64,000 nucleotides of DNA from an uncultured Candidatus Rokubacteria bacterium (GCA_963789955.1 CAWBMV010000016.1:1-64000); one strand, 5' to 3'. Positions 36,801-49,360 are shown, counted from the stretch's first letter. Notes: generated by a model not told the origin, from the letters alone. Numbers and translations are program-made.

Positions 36801-38198
36801 TCACAGGGCCGGACGACGATCTCTCCAGGGCGAAGCGGTTTCGAAAGCGGCCGACGCCGCCAGCACGGTGCCGTCGGCATGGCGACGCCCGACGATCTGC
36901 AGGCCGACCGGAAGGCCCTCGTCGGTCCATCCGGCCGGCACGCTCGCCGCGGGCTGGCCCGTCAGGTTGAACGGGTACGTGAACGGCATCCATCCGAGCA
37001 CCGAGACGTCCTGCCCGGCGATCTCGCGCGGCGGATGCGCGCCCGCCGCGAACGGCAAGGTCGCCACCGTCGGCATGAGCAGCACGTCGAAGCGCTCGAG
37101 GAACGTCTGGGCCTCGCGCCAGTATTCTTCGACGCGCGCGACGGCGCGCAGGTAGTCGCGGGTCGCCACGGCGCCACCGCGCCGGATGAATCGCACGAGC
37201 GAGGCATCCATGTGCGGCTCGGCATCCGGAAGGCGATCGGACCAGGCGGCGTAGAACTGCGCGGCGATGATCGTCGCGAAGATCTCCTCGGGATTCTCCC
37301 ACCCGGGATTGACGACCTCGACGTGACAGCCGAGCGTCTCGAACACGCCCGCCGCGTTCTCGCACGCCGCCAGCACCTTGGGGTCGACCGCCGCGTAGCC
37401 GAGATCCGGTGTCCACGCGACGTTGAGTCCCCTCACGTCGCCGTCGCACATCGTCAGAAATGAGCGGAGCTCGCGCGGCAGGGAGCTGCGGTCGCGGTCG
37501 TCGCCGCCGGCCACCACGTCGAGCACGGCCGCCGCGTCGCGCACGGTGCGGGTGATCGGGCCGACGTGATTGACGCGCTCGAAGCCGCCGAACAGCGCGC
37601 GGTCCGGCACGCGCCCGAAGGAGGGCTTGAAGCCGTAGAGCCCGCAGAACGCCGCCGGGATCCGGACCGAGCCGCCGCCGTCGGTCCCGAGCGCGATCGG
37701 GCCCACGCCGCTCGCCACCGCGGCGGCGGCGCCGCCGCTCGAGCCTCCGGGCGTGAGCGTCGTGTCCCAAGGATTGCGCGTGATGCCGAAGAGCGGGTTC
37801 TCGGTGAACGCCTTGTGGCCGAACTCCGACGTGTTGGTCTTCCCGAGCAGCACGGCGCCGGCGGCCTTGAGCCGGCCGAACGAGAGCGCGTCTTCCTCGG
37901 GGACGAAATCGGCGAAGAGCCGAGAGCCGCCGGTCGTCGTCAGCCCGCGCGTCGGCAGGACATCCTTGACCGAGAACGGCACGCCGTGGAGAGGACCGAG
38001 CGGCTCGCCTTTCATCACCGCGATCTCCGCCTCGCGGGCGGCGACGCGGGCGACGTCGGCGGTCACGAGACAGAACGCGTTGAGGGTCGGGTTGACCGCT
38101 TCGAGTCTGGCGAGAATCGCGTCGAGTACCTCGAGCGGCTTGACCTCTTTACGCCGGACGAGATCGGCGATCTCGAGCGCGGAGAGCCAAGTCTCCAT
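36801..38198 (-). CDS. Amidase signature family enzyme
   Basis: VKD, GKTN, GGSSGG, GTDGGGSVRIPA. Confidence 0.93.
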   Translation of the reverse strand: METWLSALEIADLVRRKEVKPLEVLDAILARLEAVNPTLNAFCLVTADVARVAAREAEIAVMKGEPLGPLHGVPFSVKDVLPTRGLTTTGGSRLFADFVPEEDALSFGRLKAAGAVLLGKTNTSEFGHKAFTENPLFGITRNPWDTTLTPGGSSGGAAAAVASGVGPIALGTDGGGSVRIPAAFCGLYGFKPSFGRVPDRALFGGFERVNHVGPITRTVRDAAAVLDVVAGGDDRDRSSLPRELRSFLTMCDGDVRGLNVAWTPDLGYAAVDPKVLAACENAAGVFETLGCHVEVVNPGWENPEEIFATIIAAQFYAAWSDRLPDAEPHMDASLVRFIRRGGAVATRDYLRAVARVEEYWREAQTFLERFDVLLMPTVATLPFAAGAHPPREIAGQDVSVLGWMPFTYPFNLTGQPAASVPAGWTDEGLPVGLQIVGRRHADGTVLAASAAFETASPWRDRRPAL

Positions 38199-38227
38199 TG
38201 ACGGGCCGCATTGTATCATTGCGCTTC

Positions 38228-39408
38228 GTGCAGATCGTGGATCGCCGGGGGACGCTCGTCACCGTCCTGCGCCCGACGGCCACCGGGTCGATCGAGAGCG
38301 CGTGGGTTCGCATTCCGGACGGCTCCTGGCTCGGCATCGAACCGCGCGCAACGCGCGACGCGCCGTGGGGCTGGTCCGACCGGCTCTGGCACGCCGCGGA
38401 GCCGCCCGCCAACGGCTGGCACGGAGCGCGGCTCACCCTCTTCGAGTCGCTCGACTGGGCGCGCATCGATCGCATTCCAGTCCTCGCGGAGCCCGCGCGA
38501 TTGCCGCCCGGCGGCGGGACCGCGGTGTTGAACTTCATCGCCGCGCGCGCGGCCGAGCAGGGCGCCGGCCCCCTCGCGTATCGCGGCCCCTATCCGACCG
38601 AGCAGCTCTTTCTGGCGCTCCTCGAGTCGTTCCGTTACGAGCCCCACGCGGCCGACCCGCTCGCGGACTTCATGGCCGGAGGCCTCACCTGGCGGCCGGC
38701 GCCCTCCGAGCATCTGTTCGTCGGCGACGACCTCTACGTGCAAGGTCGTGACCGGATCGAGAAGGTCGTGTGGCGCGGCATCACCTACTACCGGCCGGAG
38801 TGGCAGGACGTCGTGCGCCACACGCCGCGCCGGATCGTCGACGCGCCCGACGGGGTGCGGTGCGGGCTCTGGGCTCTCTCACAACGGCTCGAGGACGCGC
38901 TCCTGCTCCGCCCCGACGGTGATCTCGCGGCGATCCTCGCGGTCGAGCCGACACCCGCGGCGAGCCGGCCCCTCCCGGACCGCGTGTGGGCCGGCGTCGC
39001 CGCGGTCGTCGCCGCGCGCGGCGCCGCGCCGCTGGCGTCCTTCGTGGAATCGGTTGCCGGAGCGTTCTCGCTCGAGTGGGGCCCGGTCGCGCGGGACCTG
39101 GTCCAGATCGGTCGAGGCCGCGTGCGAATCTCCGAGCGGCTCCGCGAGGCGCTCGCGGCCGGGCTGGCGGCGGCGCCCGACGCCGGCGACCGCGCCGCGC
39201 TCGGGCTGGCCGTGATCGCGGAGATGGCCGCGCTCGTGGGCGACGCGCTCCGAGGGCGCGCCCAGGCCGAGATCCTCGCGCGCTCCGGCCCCGAGTCGGT
39301 CGCCGAGCTGGCCCGACCCCAGCGGCGCCCGGCGAGCGGGGCGGCGCCGAACGGGCTCGCGACATCACGGCGGGGGTCGAAGCGCTGCTGGCCGAGGCCG
39401 GCCGCTGA
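38228..39408 (+). CDS. Hypothetical protein (indel near 3' end)
   Basis: Long ORF with protein-like composition; no recognised motif. Confidence 0.6.
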
Positions 39409-39411
39409 GGG

Positions 39412-40633
39412 TCAGTGCGTGGCGCTGAAGATGATCCAGACGTTGAAGGCGATGAACGCGGCGACCGAGAGCGTCGAGAGCCCGACGTAGGCGATCCAGA
39501 GCAGCTCCTCCCGACCCTGCACCATCCGCCCGCGCGCCCGTCAACAGGCCCTTCACGTACGCGATCGCGTCGCTCTTGAGCGTGGGCACGCCCAGCACGT
39601 CGACGAGCACGTGATAGCCGTCCATCTCGATGAAGCAGAAGGGATAGAGCGCGACCACCAGCGCCTGCCACTGGATGATGCCGGACGCGGCGGCGAAGGC
39701 CTGCGTGAAGCTGCCGGTCGGGGCCTTGGCGGCGACGATGAACGCGACCGCGCCGAGGACCAGATGGACGAGCGCACCCGTCACGGCGGTCACCACGCGG
39801 GCGCGGCGGCTCGCCATGAAGATGTCGGTGACGTCGACGTAGAACGTCGGCACGAAGCCGTGCAGGAAGGTGAAGCCGAACTCGCGCACGCGACGCCGAT
39901 AGTGGATGCAGGCCAGCCCGTGCACGAACTGGTGCAGCGCCACGCTGGCGAAGAACAGGAGCTTGACCATCAGGATGCCGCGCAGGGCGTGGCCGCCGAA
40001 TCCCTCGAGCATGTCGTGCACGTCGCGGAAGAGCATCAGCGCGGCGGCGGCGCCCACGACGGCGAGCACGCCACACGCGATCGCGGCGATCGGCGTGAAG
40101 ACGAGGAACCCGCCGTATCGGTAGAGCGCCTGGAAGAACGGCTGGACGTTGTGGCTCGAGATCCGGATACGCTCGAGGCCGGTCAGCGCGAGCTCGAGCG
40201 CCTTCACGATCATGCGGCCGCGGTTGCGCGCCAGGGCCGCCCGCAGCCGCGACCGCGGCTCGAACGTCAGGAGCTGCGCCCGCTGGAGCTTGTGGAGCAA
40301 GCTCGGGATGATCTCGAAGTCGAACTCGCCGTACTTCAGCACGTAGGCGGTCGCGATCTCCTGCAACGAGGTGGCGCCGTCCATCTGATCCCACAGGAAG
40401 CCCTCCTGCGCGGAGAGCAGGAGGAAGCGGTCCGTGGTCTTGTTTTTCAGAATGAAGCCGGGCGCGACAGCCAGCCGCGAGCGCAGCTCGGAGATCTCGT
40501 ACGACTCCTGATCGATCCGGCGCGGGCGCGAGTTGAGGTAGCCGATGACGCTCGCGACCTGGCGGAGCTCGAAGTCCTCCTCGTCGTCGCGCCGGACGAG
40601 CAGCTCGAACTTCGCGGGCGCCGGCCGCTGCAT
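39412..40633 (-). CDS. PqqD/RRE-like domain fused to an M50-like membrane domain with a degenerate HQxxH motif
   Basis: FILKNKTTDRFLLLS...LWDQMDGATSLQEI...LLHKLQRAQLL (RRE-like); LHQFVH, PTFYVDVTD, YPFCFIEMDGY; indel near 39535. Confidence 0.75.
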
Positions 40634-41134
40634 CAGCGCGCCTCGATGTCGAGACCCGGTGGCCTCGAGGCCCCAGCGGGTCGCCTCGGCGACCTGCTGC
40701 GTCGAGCGCCGCAGCCGATCCATGAACACCGTGACCATCGCGTGGAAGAACGCGGCGGCGGCGTGAGGCGCGGTCTCGGTCATCGCCTGCAGGCTATCGC
40801 GTCCGAGGATGAGCAGCTCGACGTCCGTCTCGGCCTGGGCGGTGGCGGAGCGGGGCGAGCCGTCGAAGAGGCTCATCTCGCCGAAGAAGTCGAAGGGCTC
40901 GACGCGCACCAGCACCTGCTCGACCTTGCCGGTCACCGCCTTCGAGATGAGCATGGTCCCGCGCCGCACGATGAACATCTCGTCGCCGCGATCGTCTTCA
41001 CGAAAGAGAATCTGGCGCTTCCGTAGATCACGTTCGCGCAGCCGGTCCGCGACGACGGCGAGATCGGCATCGGAGAAGGATTCGAACACACGAACGTCGC
41101 GCAGGAACGCGAGGGTTTCGGCCGACGCCTGCAC
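40633..41134 (-). CDS. Stand-alone cyclic nucleotide-binding domain protein
   Basis: LFREDDRGDEMFIV..G, FFGEMSLFDGSPRSATAQA (GE...R cassette); TGATG overlap with the next gene if one base is removed. Confidence 0.85.
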
Positions 41135-41153
41135 GCGGGGAGTGGCGCGAGGC

Positions 41154-41372
41154 CTAGGTGGCCACGCGGCTGATGAGGCTACTGCGGAACGCGTGTCGCC
41201 GCTCGCTCGACGGCGTCTTCGCGAGCCGGATCAAGGCCTGCTGCACCGTCGCACGCTCGGCGTCGCTCAGCTCGTACTCGGCCAGGAGCGGCTCCGGTGT
41301 GCGCTGGAGCTCGGCGAGAAATTCCGGATCGATCATCACTCGCCCCACCAGCTCACGCAGTCCTTGCGCCAT
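41154..41372 (-). CDS. Small NHLP-clan-like protein (Os1348/Franean1_4349-like)
   Basis: LRELVGRVMIDPEFLAELQRTPEPLLAEYELSDAE resembles the nitrile-hydratase-like leader pattern (RA..DPEFR..L..DP...L..Y.L). Confidence 0.7.
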   Translation of the reverse strand: MAQGLRELVGRVMIDPEFLAELQRTPEPLLAEYELSDAERATVQQALIRLAKTPSSERRHAFRSSLISRVAT

Positions 41373-41539
41373 CGAGCGAATCATACCAATTTCCTCGACC
41401 GTTTGATAGGCTCCCACCATGATTCACGACTCGCGCGCGCCCGATACGAGCCGCGACGACTCGTCATCTCCGGAAACTTCGCGGTCGGTCCTGCCCACGT
41501 GGTCGTCGAGCCGGCGCGGCGTCGAGCGCGGGCGGCCGC

Positions 41540-42553
41540 GTGAGCGACGATCGCCCTGACGTGAGGCGCGCCACAGCGCGGCGGCTCGCGGCGGCCGCCG
41601 TCGTGCTGCTGGCGGTCGCGGCGGTCGTCGGGACAACGCGGGCGCCGGCGGCGCAGCCGGACACGCGCATTCCGTGGATCGGCTACCTCGCCAACGAGCC
41701 GACCCCCGATTCCGCGCCGATCTTCCGCGACGCCCTTCGCGAGCGAGGCTGGGTGGAGGGCCAGTCGGTCAAGATCTGGTACCGCTACGCGCAGGGCAAG
41801 CCCGACTTCTACCCGCAGCACGCCGACGACTTGGTGCGCCTGAACGTCAATGCCATCGTCGCCGTCGGCCCGGAGGCGATCGAGGCGGCGAGGCGCGCGA
41901 CGAAGACGATCCCCGTCGTCATGGTCTCGCTCGACGATCCGGCGGAGCTGGTCCGCGAGAGCGGCGGCCCCGCCAGCAATCTCACGGGGATCACCACCTT
42001 CGCGCCCGAGGCGCCAGCGCGGCGCGTCGAGCTCTTGCGCCAGGTGGTGCCGCGGCTCGCCCGCGCGGCGCTGCTGTGGAGCGCGGACAGCACGAGCGCG
42101 ACCGCCGACCTGCAGGCGACCGAAGCCGCGGCGACCGCGCGCGGCGTGGAGCTGACCAAGGTCGAGATCACCGCCGAGACCGACGTGCGCGCGGCCTTGA
42201 CGAAGATCGAGAAGCTGCACACGCAGGGGTTGATCGTGCTCGCCGACGCGGTCACGCTCGCGCACCGCCAGCGGCTCGCCACCTTCGCGAGTCGTGCCAA
42301 GCTGCCGGCGGTGTTCCCGTCCCGCGACTTCGCCGACGCCGGCGGCCTGCTCGCCTATGGCGCGAACTGGACCGAAGTCTTCCGGCAGACCGCCGCGCTC
42401 GTCGATCAGATCCTGAGGGGCGTCAAGCCGGCGGACCTGGGCATACGGCGCGCGGCGCGGTTCGAGCTCGTGGTCAATCTGCGCGCCGCGCGCGCGATCC
42501 CGGTGGCGATCCCGTCGTCGTTGCTCCAGCGCGCGGACCGGGTCATCGAGTGA
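41540..42553 (+). CDS. ABC transporter substrate-binding protein (ABC_sub_bind type)
   Basis: Signal peptide, GWVEGQ, ATKTIPVV, GGLLAYG, ILRGVKPADL, FELVVNL. Confidence 0.88.
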   Translation: MSDDRPDVRRATARRLAAAAVVLLAVAAVVGTTRAPAAQPDTRIPWIGYLANEPTPDSAPIFRDALRERGWVEGQSVKIWYRYAQGKPDFYPQHADDLVRLNVNAIVAVGPEAIEAARRATKTIPVVMVSLDDPAELVRESGGPASNLTGITTFAPEAPARRVELLRQVVPRLARAALLWSADSTSATADLQATEAAATARGVELTKVEITAETDVRAALTKIEKLHTQGLIVLADAVTLAHRQRLATFASRAKLPAVFPSRDFADAGGLLAYGANWTEVFRQTAALVDQILRGVKPADLGIRRAARFELVVNLRAARAIPVAIPSSLLQRADRVIE

Positions 42554-42792
42554 TGCGACGCGCCGCGACCCTGGTCTGCGTGGCGGCCTTGCTCGCGGGG
42601 TGCGCGACGAAGCAGTGGATCTACGACAAGAAGGGTGCGACGCCGGCGAAGCTCGACCACGACATGGCGCTGTGCCGAAAGGAATCGGCCGATCCCCAGA
42701 TCGTCGTGCTCCCGGGCAGTCCGCGGTCGGACCGCGCGGTCTTCAACCGCTGCATGGAGCGTAAAGGCTACACGGTACGAACGGAGGGGTGA
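42553..42792 (+). CDS. Small lipoprotein
   Basis: Lipobox LLAGC; C...CMERKGY. Confidence 0.7.
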   Translation: MRRAATLVCVAALLAGCATKQWIYDKKGATPAKLDHDMALCRKESADPQIVVLPGSPRSDRAVFNRCMERKGYTVRTEG

Positions 42793-42840
42793 TGGGAACC
42801 GGTACCCATGGTTCCGAGTTTCCGAGGCGGAGGTGCGCCG

Positions 42841-43224
42841 ATGCGTGGAGCTCGTCTCGCTCTCGCGGTAGCGATGGTGGCATTGCTCGCGTCCAGCAAT
42901 GCGGCAGCGGCAACCTACGCGCAGGAGAGCCTCGATCGATACTTCCGGTTCGAGTACGACGTGACGCCGAGCGCCACGCGACCGGTGGTCAGCGGGTACG
43001 TGTACAACATGAACCCGGGCGTCCCGGTCGAGCGCATGCAGGTCTCCGTCGACAGCCTGGACGGCTGCCGGCAACGTCGTCGGGACGACCTCGACCTGGG
43101 TGCTCGGCGGCGTCCCGCCCGGCAATCGCGCGCTATTTCAGTGTTCGCGCCGTGCCGGCCGCGTCGTATCGGGTCCAGGTGCTCTTCTTCGACTGGGGCA
43201 GCCGCGGCGGCTCGGGCACCTGAC
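42841..43224 (+). CDS. Exported FxLYD-like protein (indel)
   Basis: Signal peptide, VSGYVYN...LD; VPPGNRAYF in the shifted frame. Confidence 0.55.
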
Positions 43225-43264
43225 AGGCGTGGACGGCGAGCGGCCGGCCAGGAGGGCGAGATCG

Positions 43265-43607
43265 GTGATCAAGAGCATCTCGCTGCTGACTCGCAAGACC
43301 GGAATGACCCACGCGCAGTTCGTCAGACACTGGGCCGACGTCCACGCGCCCCTGGCCCTGGCCGTCCCGGGCCTCCGCCGCTACGTGCAGTCGCACATCG
43401 TCGAGGAGCGCACGCGCCCGGACATCCCGACGACCGACGTCGAGATCGACGGTATCGCCGAGCTCTGGTACGACGACCGCGAGGTGATGGCGCGGGCGCA
43501 CGCCTCGCCGCAGGCCAAGGCGCTGTTCGACGACGGCGCGCTCTTCATCGGCCGGATCAAGACGTTCACCGTCGAGGAGCAAGCAGATCGTCCCGCCCTC
43601 CGCGTAG
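43265..43607 (+). CDS. EthD family protein
   Basis: RKTGMTHAQF..HW..VHAPL...PGLRRYVQ...DGIAELW. Confidence 0.8.
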
Positions 43608-43672
43608 GCGCTGCCGCACCCCGATTTGCGGTATGGTGGGACGTGCCTACACTTCCACGGAGGTCACACGTC

Positions 43673-44002
43673 ATGCGACGTATTGCTCTGATAGCTCTCG
43701 TTCTGGCGCTGGCGGGTCCGAGCGCGAGCTGGGCCAGCTCCGAGTCCACCGCCATTGAGGTCGGATCCTCGGCCGGAAGCGCCCTCGGAACGCTGGTCTA
43801 CGTACCGTTCAAGGTGACGTTCTGCATCCTCGGCGGCATCGGCAGCGGATTCACGGCGATCGCTTCGCCGCCGGCGGCCGGTCGGGTGGCGATGGCCACC
43901 TGCGGCGGCTCGTGGATCGTCACGCCCGGTGTCGTCCGCGGGCATGAGACCTTGAAGTTCGTCGGGGACACATCGGCCAACCGGAGCACCGCCTCGCGTT
44001 AG
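43673..44002 (+). CDS. Hypothetical exported/membrane protein
   Basis: SD GGAGG, signal peptide, Cys pair. Confidence 0.6.
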   Translation: MRRIALIALVLALAGPSASWASSESTAIEVGSSAGSALGTLVYVPFKVTFCILGGIGSGFTAIASPPAAGRVAMATCGGSWIVTPGVVRGHETLKFVGDTSANRSTASR

Positions 44003-44031
44003 AGGTCGCGCCCTCGCGCGGCGAGACGGTC

Positions 44032-44452
44032 GTGCACGCTCTGTCTCGGCGGTATCGCGCGCTGGGACTCGGTCTCGCGGTCTGCGCGCTGGCGGCTGAC
44101 GGGTTGCGCGTCGTCGAAATCGGCGCGCCCGGCGACCGCGCCGCCGGCACCCGGCACGCGCATCGTCGGATTCGCCTCCTGGTACGGGTCGCGCCATCAG
44201 GGCCACGCGACGGCGTCAGGCGAGGCCTTCGATATGAACAAGCTCACCGCCGCCCACCGCACGATGCCCTTCGGAACGCGCCTGCGCGTGACGAATGTCG
44301 AGAACGGACGAAGCGTCGTGGTGCGTGTGAACGACCGGGGCCCCTGGGTGAACGATCGCGTCCTCGACGTCAGCCTGGCCGCAGCGAAAGCCCTCGGCAT
44401 GGTCGGCGACGGCGTGACCAAAGTCGAGGTCGTCGTCCTCGGCGCGCAGTGA
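44032..44452 (+). CDS. rlpA: RlpA-like lytic transglycosylase (indels in 5' half)
   Basis: ASWYG, TAAHRTMPFGT, VRVNDRGP, LDVS.AAA. Confidence 0.82.
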
Positions 44453-44454
44453 CC

Positions 44455-45762
44455 TCAGACCGCGGGCATGCCTCCGAGCACATCGCGGCTGAGTCCCGGA
44501 TGCGCGACGCCGGCGCGGCGCAGCTCGCGCGTCGCCTCGATCCAGTCGGCGTCGCGCGGAATCACCGCGCCGCCCGACCGCACGGCATAGACGCTCGGAT
44601 CGTCGACGCCGGGCGGGACCTTGCCGCTGTCGCGTAGCGCCTTCGCCGCGTCGATCAGCCGCTTGCGCGTCCGGATCACCATCGCGTCGCTGCTGCCCAG
44701 GCGCTCGTTCGTCCGGTCGTAGATCGGGCCCATGCTCTCGGTGACGGCCTGGTCCTGGAGGAAGATGGCGTCGATACCCGTGTAGCTGATCGTCTTCTGC
44801 GCCTGCCGGTCGATCTGGTAGTCGTTGGCGGCGTTGGCCACACATCGAAAGCGCGCGTACCAGTCGGTCGTGTTGGGGAGCGTTCGCGGCGGATTCACGA
44901 CCTGGCGACCGGCCTTTCGGGTGCCCTGCGCACCGCGCGAGACCGTGATGGCCAAGGTGTGCTCGTCGTCCATCGGCACCCACGCGCGCACGCGAATCTC
45001 GAGCCCGAGCACGCCCGTCGGCACCATCGCGTAGAACGGGAACAGGAAGTTGGCGATGCGCCAGTAGTTCGTGTCGGCCTCGGCCGGCCGGTACGCGCCG
45101 TACATGACGCCGAAGTCCATGTCGCGCACCTGGTACCGAGGCGCCCGATCGGCCAGCGCGTGGCGGGCCCAGGTGCCGGCCGGCACTTCGTCGGCGCTCA
45201 CCTTGCCGAGATGCAGGAACACGGTGTGGCAGGTGTCGATGTCGCCCTCGAGCGCCTGCATCCAGTTGCACTCGCGCTGGTAGATCTGGATGCTGCTGTC
45301 CGCCAGCAACGTGGGCTCGAGATCGGGCAACGGCGGCGGCGTCTCCCGCGGGCCGAGATAGGCCCAGATGAGGCCGGCCCGCTCCACGCAGGGATAGGCG
45401 ACGGCTCTCGCCTTCTGCTTGAAGCTGCTCTCTTCGGGCTCGTTGGGCATGTCGACGCACCGGCCGCCGACGTCGAACTTCCAGCCGTGGTACACGCAGC
45501 GCAGGCCTTCGCCTTCGTTGCGGCCGTAGAACAGGCTTGCGCCACGGTGCGGACAGCTGTTCCGGACGAGCCCGACGGCGCCGGATGACGTCCGAAACGC
45601 GATCAGATCTTCGCCGAGCAACCGCACGCGCAGCGGCGCGCCATCACGATCCGGGAGCTCGCTCGACAGGGCGGCCGGCATCCAGTACTGGCGCATCAGC
45701 TCGCCCATCGGAGTTCCGCGACCGACCCGACACAGAAGCTCGTTGTCTTCGCGACTCAGCAT
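44455..45762 (-). CDS. Rieske non-heme iron oxygenase (phthalate dioxygenase/LigXa-like)
   Basis: CPHRG...CVYHGW; EGDIDTCH..FLH; QD.AVTESMG. Confidence 0.9.
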   Translation of the reverse strand: MLSREDNELLCRVGRGTPMGELMRQYWMPAALSSELPDRDGAPLRVRLLGEDLIAFRTSSGAVGLVRNSCPHRGASLFYGRNEGEGLRCVYHGWKFDVGGRCVDMPNEPEESSFKQKARAVAYPCVERAGLIWAYLGPRETPPPLPDLEPTLLADSSIQIYQRECNWMQALEGDIDTCHTVFLHLGKVSADEVPAGTWARHALADRAPRYQVRDMDFGVMYGAYRPAEADTNYWRIANFLFPFYAMVPTGVLGLEIRVRAWVPMDDEHTLAITVSRGAQGTRKAGRQVVNPPRTLPNTTDWYARFRCVANAANDYQIDRQAQKTISYTGIDAIFLQDQAVTESMGPIYDRTNERLGSSDAMVIRTRKRLIDAAKALRDSGKVPPGVDDPSVYAVRSGGAVIPRDADWIEATRELRRAGVAHPGLSRDVLGGMPAV

Positions 45763-45894
45763 GTCGTGTTCCTCTCACCCGAAAGTCACAGCGCGACCCG
45801 CGCGCGTCGTCGTTTCGCGTAGACGTTAGCACATAATCCGGCGCAGCCACGGCGCCGCGGGACGGCCAAAGACGGCGTCGGAGGAGACCATCAC

Positions 45895-46103
45895 CATGAT
45901 GGCTCGACCGCGAACTTCGCGGCGGCGCCGCTCGCGAACCGCCACGGCTATCCGGTGCTGGCGCCTACGGCGCTCTCGATGAAGCTCGTGGACATGAAGC
46001 TCCCCTACTTCTTCTCGATGCTGCCCCAGCCGTACGTGCTGATGGCGGCGGCCGCCGACATGCTGGCCGCCAACGGCATCAAGACCGTGGCGGTCATCTA
46101 CAC
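45895..46103 (+). pseudogene. Internal fragment of a branched-chain amino acid ABC substrate-binding protein
   Basis: FAAAPLANRHGYPVLAPTA...YFFSMLPQP...GIKTVAVIY. Confidence 0.6.
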
Positions 46104-46770
46104 CTCGATGGCCTCGATCTGGATCTGGCCGCGGGGCGGATCACGGCGATCGTCGGCTCGAACGGCGCCGGGAAGAGCACCTTGCTGAAGGCGCTGGCGG
46201 GTCTGCTGCCTCGCGACGGCCACGCCGCGCTCGACGGCTACGTGCTGCCGCCGGGCTCGGCCACCGCGGCCGTGCGCGCCGGACTGATCCTGGTCGCCGA
46301 AGGGCGCCACCTGTTCCCGCGAATGACGGTGCTGGAAAATCTCCAGCTCGGCGGCTGGCTGCTCGCGAAGCGCGAGCGTGACGTCCGTCTCGAGCGAGCG
46401 CTCGCGCTGTTCCCGCGCCTCGGCGAGCGCCGTCACCAGCTCGCGGGCTCGATGAGCGGCGGCGAGCAGCAGATGGTGGCGCTCGCGCGCGCGCTCGTCG
46501 GACGGCCGCGCCTGCTGATGCTGGACGAGCCATCGCTCGGCCTGGCGCCGCGGCTCGTCGACGAAGTGATGGCCCTCGTGAGGCGCATCCGCGACGAGGA
46601 CGTGACCGTCTTGCTCATCGAGCAGAACGTCGCCAAGGCGCTGGCGATCGCCGACGACGCGCACGTGCTCGAGCGCGGCCGCCTGGTGGCCAGCGGGCCG
46701 GCGGCGGAGCTGTTGAGATCAAGCCTTGTACGCACCGCCTACCTCGGCCGGCCAGGCCGCGTTCTGGCGG
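46103..46770 (+). pseudogene. LivF-like ABC ATPase, 5'-truncated
   Basis: GSNGAGKST, MSGGEQQM, LDEPSLGLAP, IEQN, AYLG. Confidence 0.8.
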
Positions 46771-46881
46771 CGCAGGATCGTTCACTCGCGGCGGCAAGCA
46801 CCGGCTGGCGTCGACGCGGGCTCTCTAGTACAGTCTGCGCGCTGAGCGTCGCTCAATCCCGCGGGAGTCTCGGAGGCCAGC

Positions 46882-47718
46882 ATGGCGAGTGATGTGGTCC
46901 GCGTCGGCGATGTCGAGATCATGATGCTGTCGGACGGGATGCTCGAGTTCGACCTGTGCAACTTCTTCCCGACGATCGCGGAAGACAACTGGAGTCCGTA
47001 TGAGGCGCACCTGCACGAGCACAAGGTGCGTTTCAATCTTGGCTCGTACCTGATCCGCGCGGGCGGGCGAACGGTCCTCATCGACACCGGCCTCGGCCCC
47101 AAGCCCGCCGAGACCCCGGACGCCCCGTGGGGCCAGCTCATGAACGACTTCAAGGCCAAGGCCGTGCGCCCGGAAGAGATCGACATGGTCGTGATGACGC
47201 ATCTGCATCGCGACCACGTGGGCTGGAATCTCAAGACCGAGGGCGGGAAATACGTGCCGACGTTTCCGCGGGCGCGCTACTGGATGCCGAAGCTCGATTG
47301 GGATTCATGCCACGATCCGGCACTGCAGCCGACCCGGTGGGTCAACGCGCCGCAGTGCGTGTGGCCGCTGGCCGACCTCGGCCTCTGCGAGTTCATGCAG
47401 GGCGAGCAGAGCCTGACGCGCGAGCTCACCGCGGTGCCGACACCCGGCCACACGCCGGGGCACATGAGCATTCTCATCACCTCGAAGGGCGAGCGGGCGC
47501 TCGTGCTCGGCGATGCCGCCCACAGCCCGGTGCAGGTGCTCGAGCCGGACTGGGTCTCGCGCGCCGACATGGATCCCGATCTGACCCGGCAAACGCGCAA
47601 AGCATTGATCGATCGCCTCGAGCGCGAGCAGATTCTCATCGCGGCGGGGCACTTCGAGGCTCCGGGCTACGGCAGGATCGTGCGCCTGGACGGGCGCCGC
47701 TACTGGAAGGGACTCTGA
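46882..47718 (+). CDS. MBL-fold metallo-hydrolase
   Basis: THLHRDHVGW, PGHTPGH, GDAAH. Confidence 0.9.
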   Translation: MASDVVRVGDVEIMMLSDGMLEFDLCNFFPTIAEDNWSPYEAHLHEHKVRFNLGSYLIRAGGRTVLIDTGLGPKPAETPDAPWGQLMNDFKAKAVRPEEIDMVVMTHLHRDHVGWNLKTEGGKYVPTFPRARYWMPKLDWDSCHDPALQPTRWVNAPQCVWPLADLGLCEFMQGEQSLTRELTAVPTPGHTPGHMSILITSKGERALVLGDAAHSPVQVLEPDWVSRADMDPDLTRQTRKALIDRLEREQILIAAGHFEAPGYGRIVRLDGRRYWKGL

Positions 47719-47728
47719 GCCGCTCGGG

Positions 47729-49360
<1,632 letters not shown>

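Noticed and set aside
39365..41134. Single 589-aa cNMP-RRE-M50 fusion protein
   Set aside because: Removing one G near 40657 gives ...GLDIEAR* with a TGATG overlap, and indels are frequent here, so two genes are more likely (fusion not fully excluded)
41154..41372. Daptide precursor (C-terminal Thr next to an RRE-peptidase)
   Set aside because: No dehydrogenase, aminotransferase or methyltransferase genes nearby, and the peptidase motif is degenerate
43100..44002. EthD fused to a membrane protein
   Set aside because: A one-base correction gives EEKQIVPPSA*; the second gene has its own SD and signal peptide
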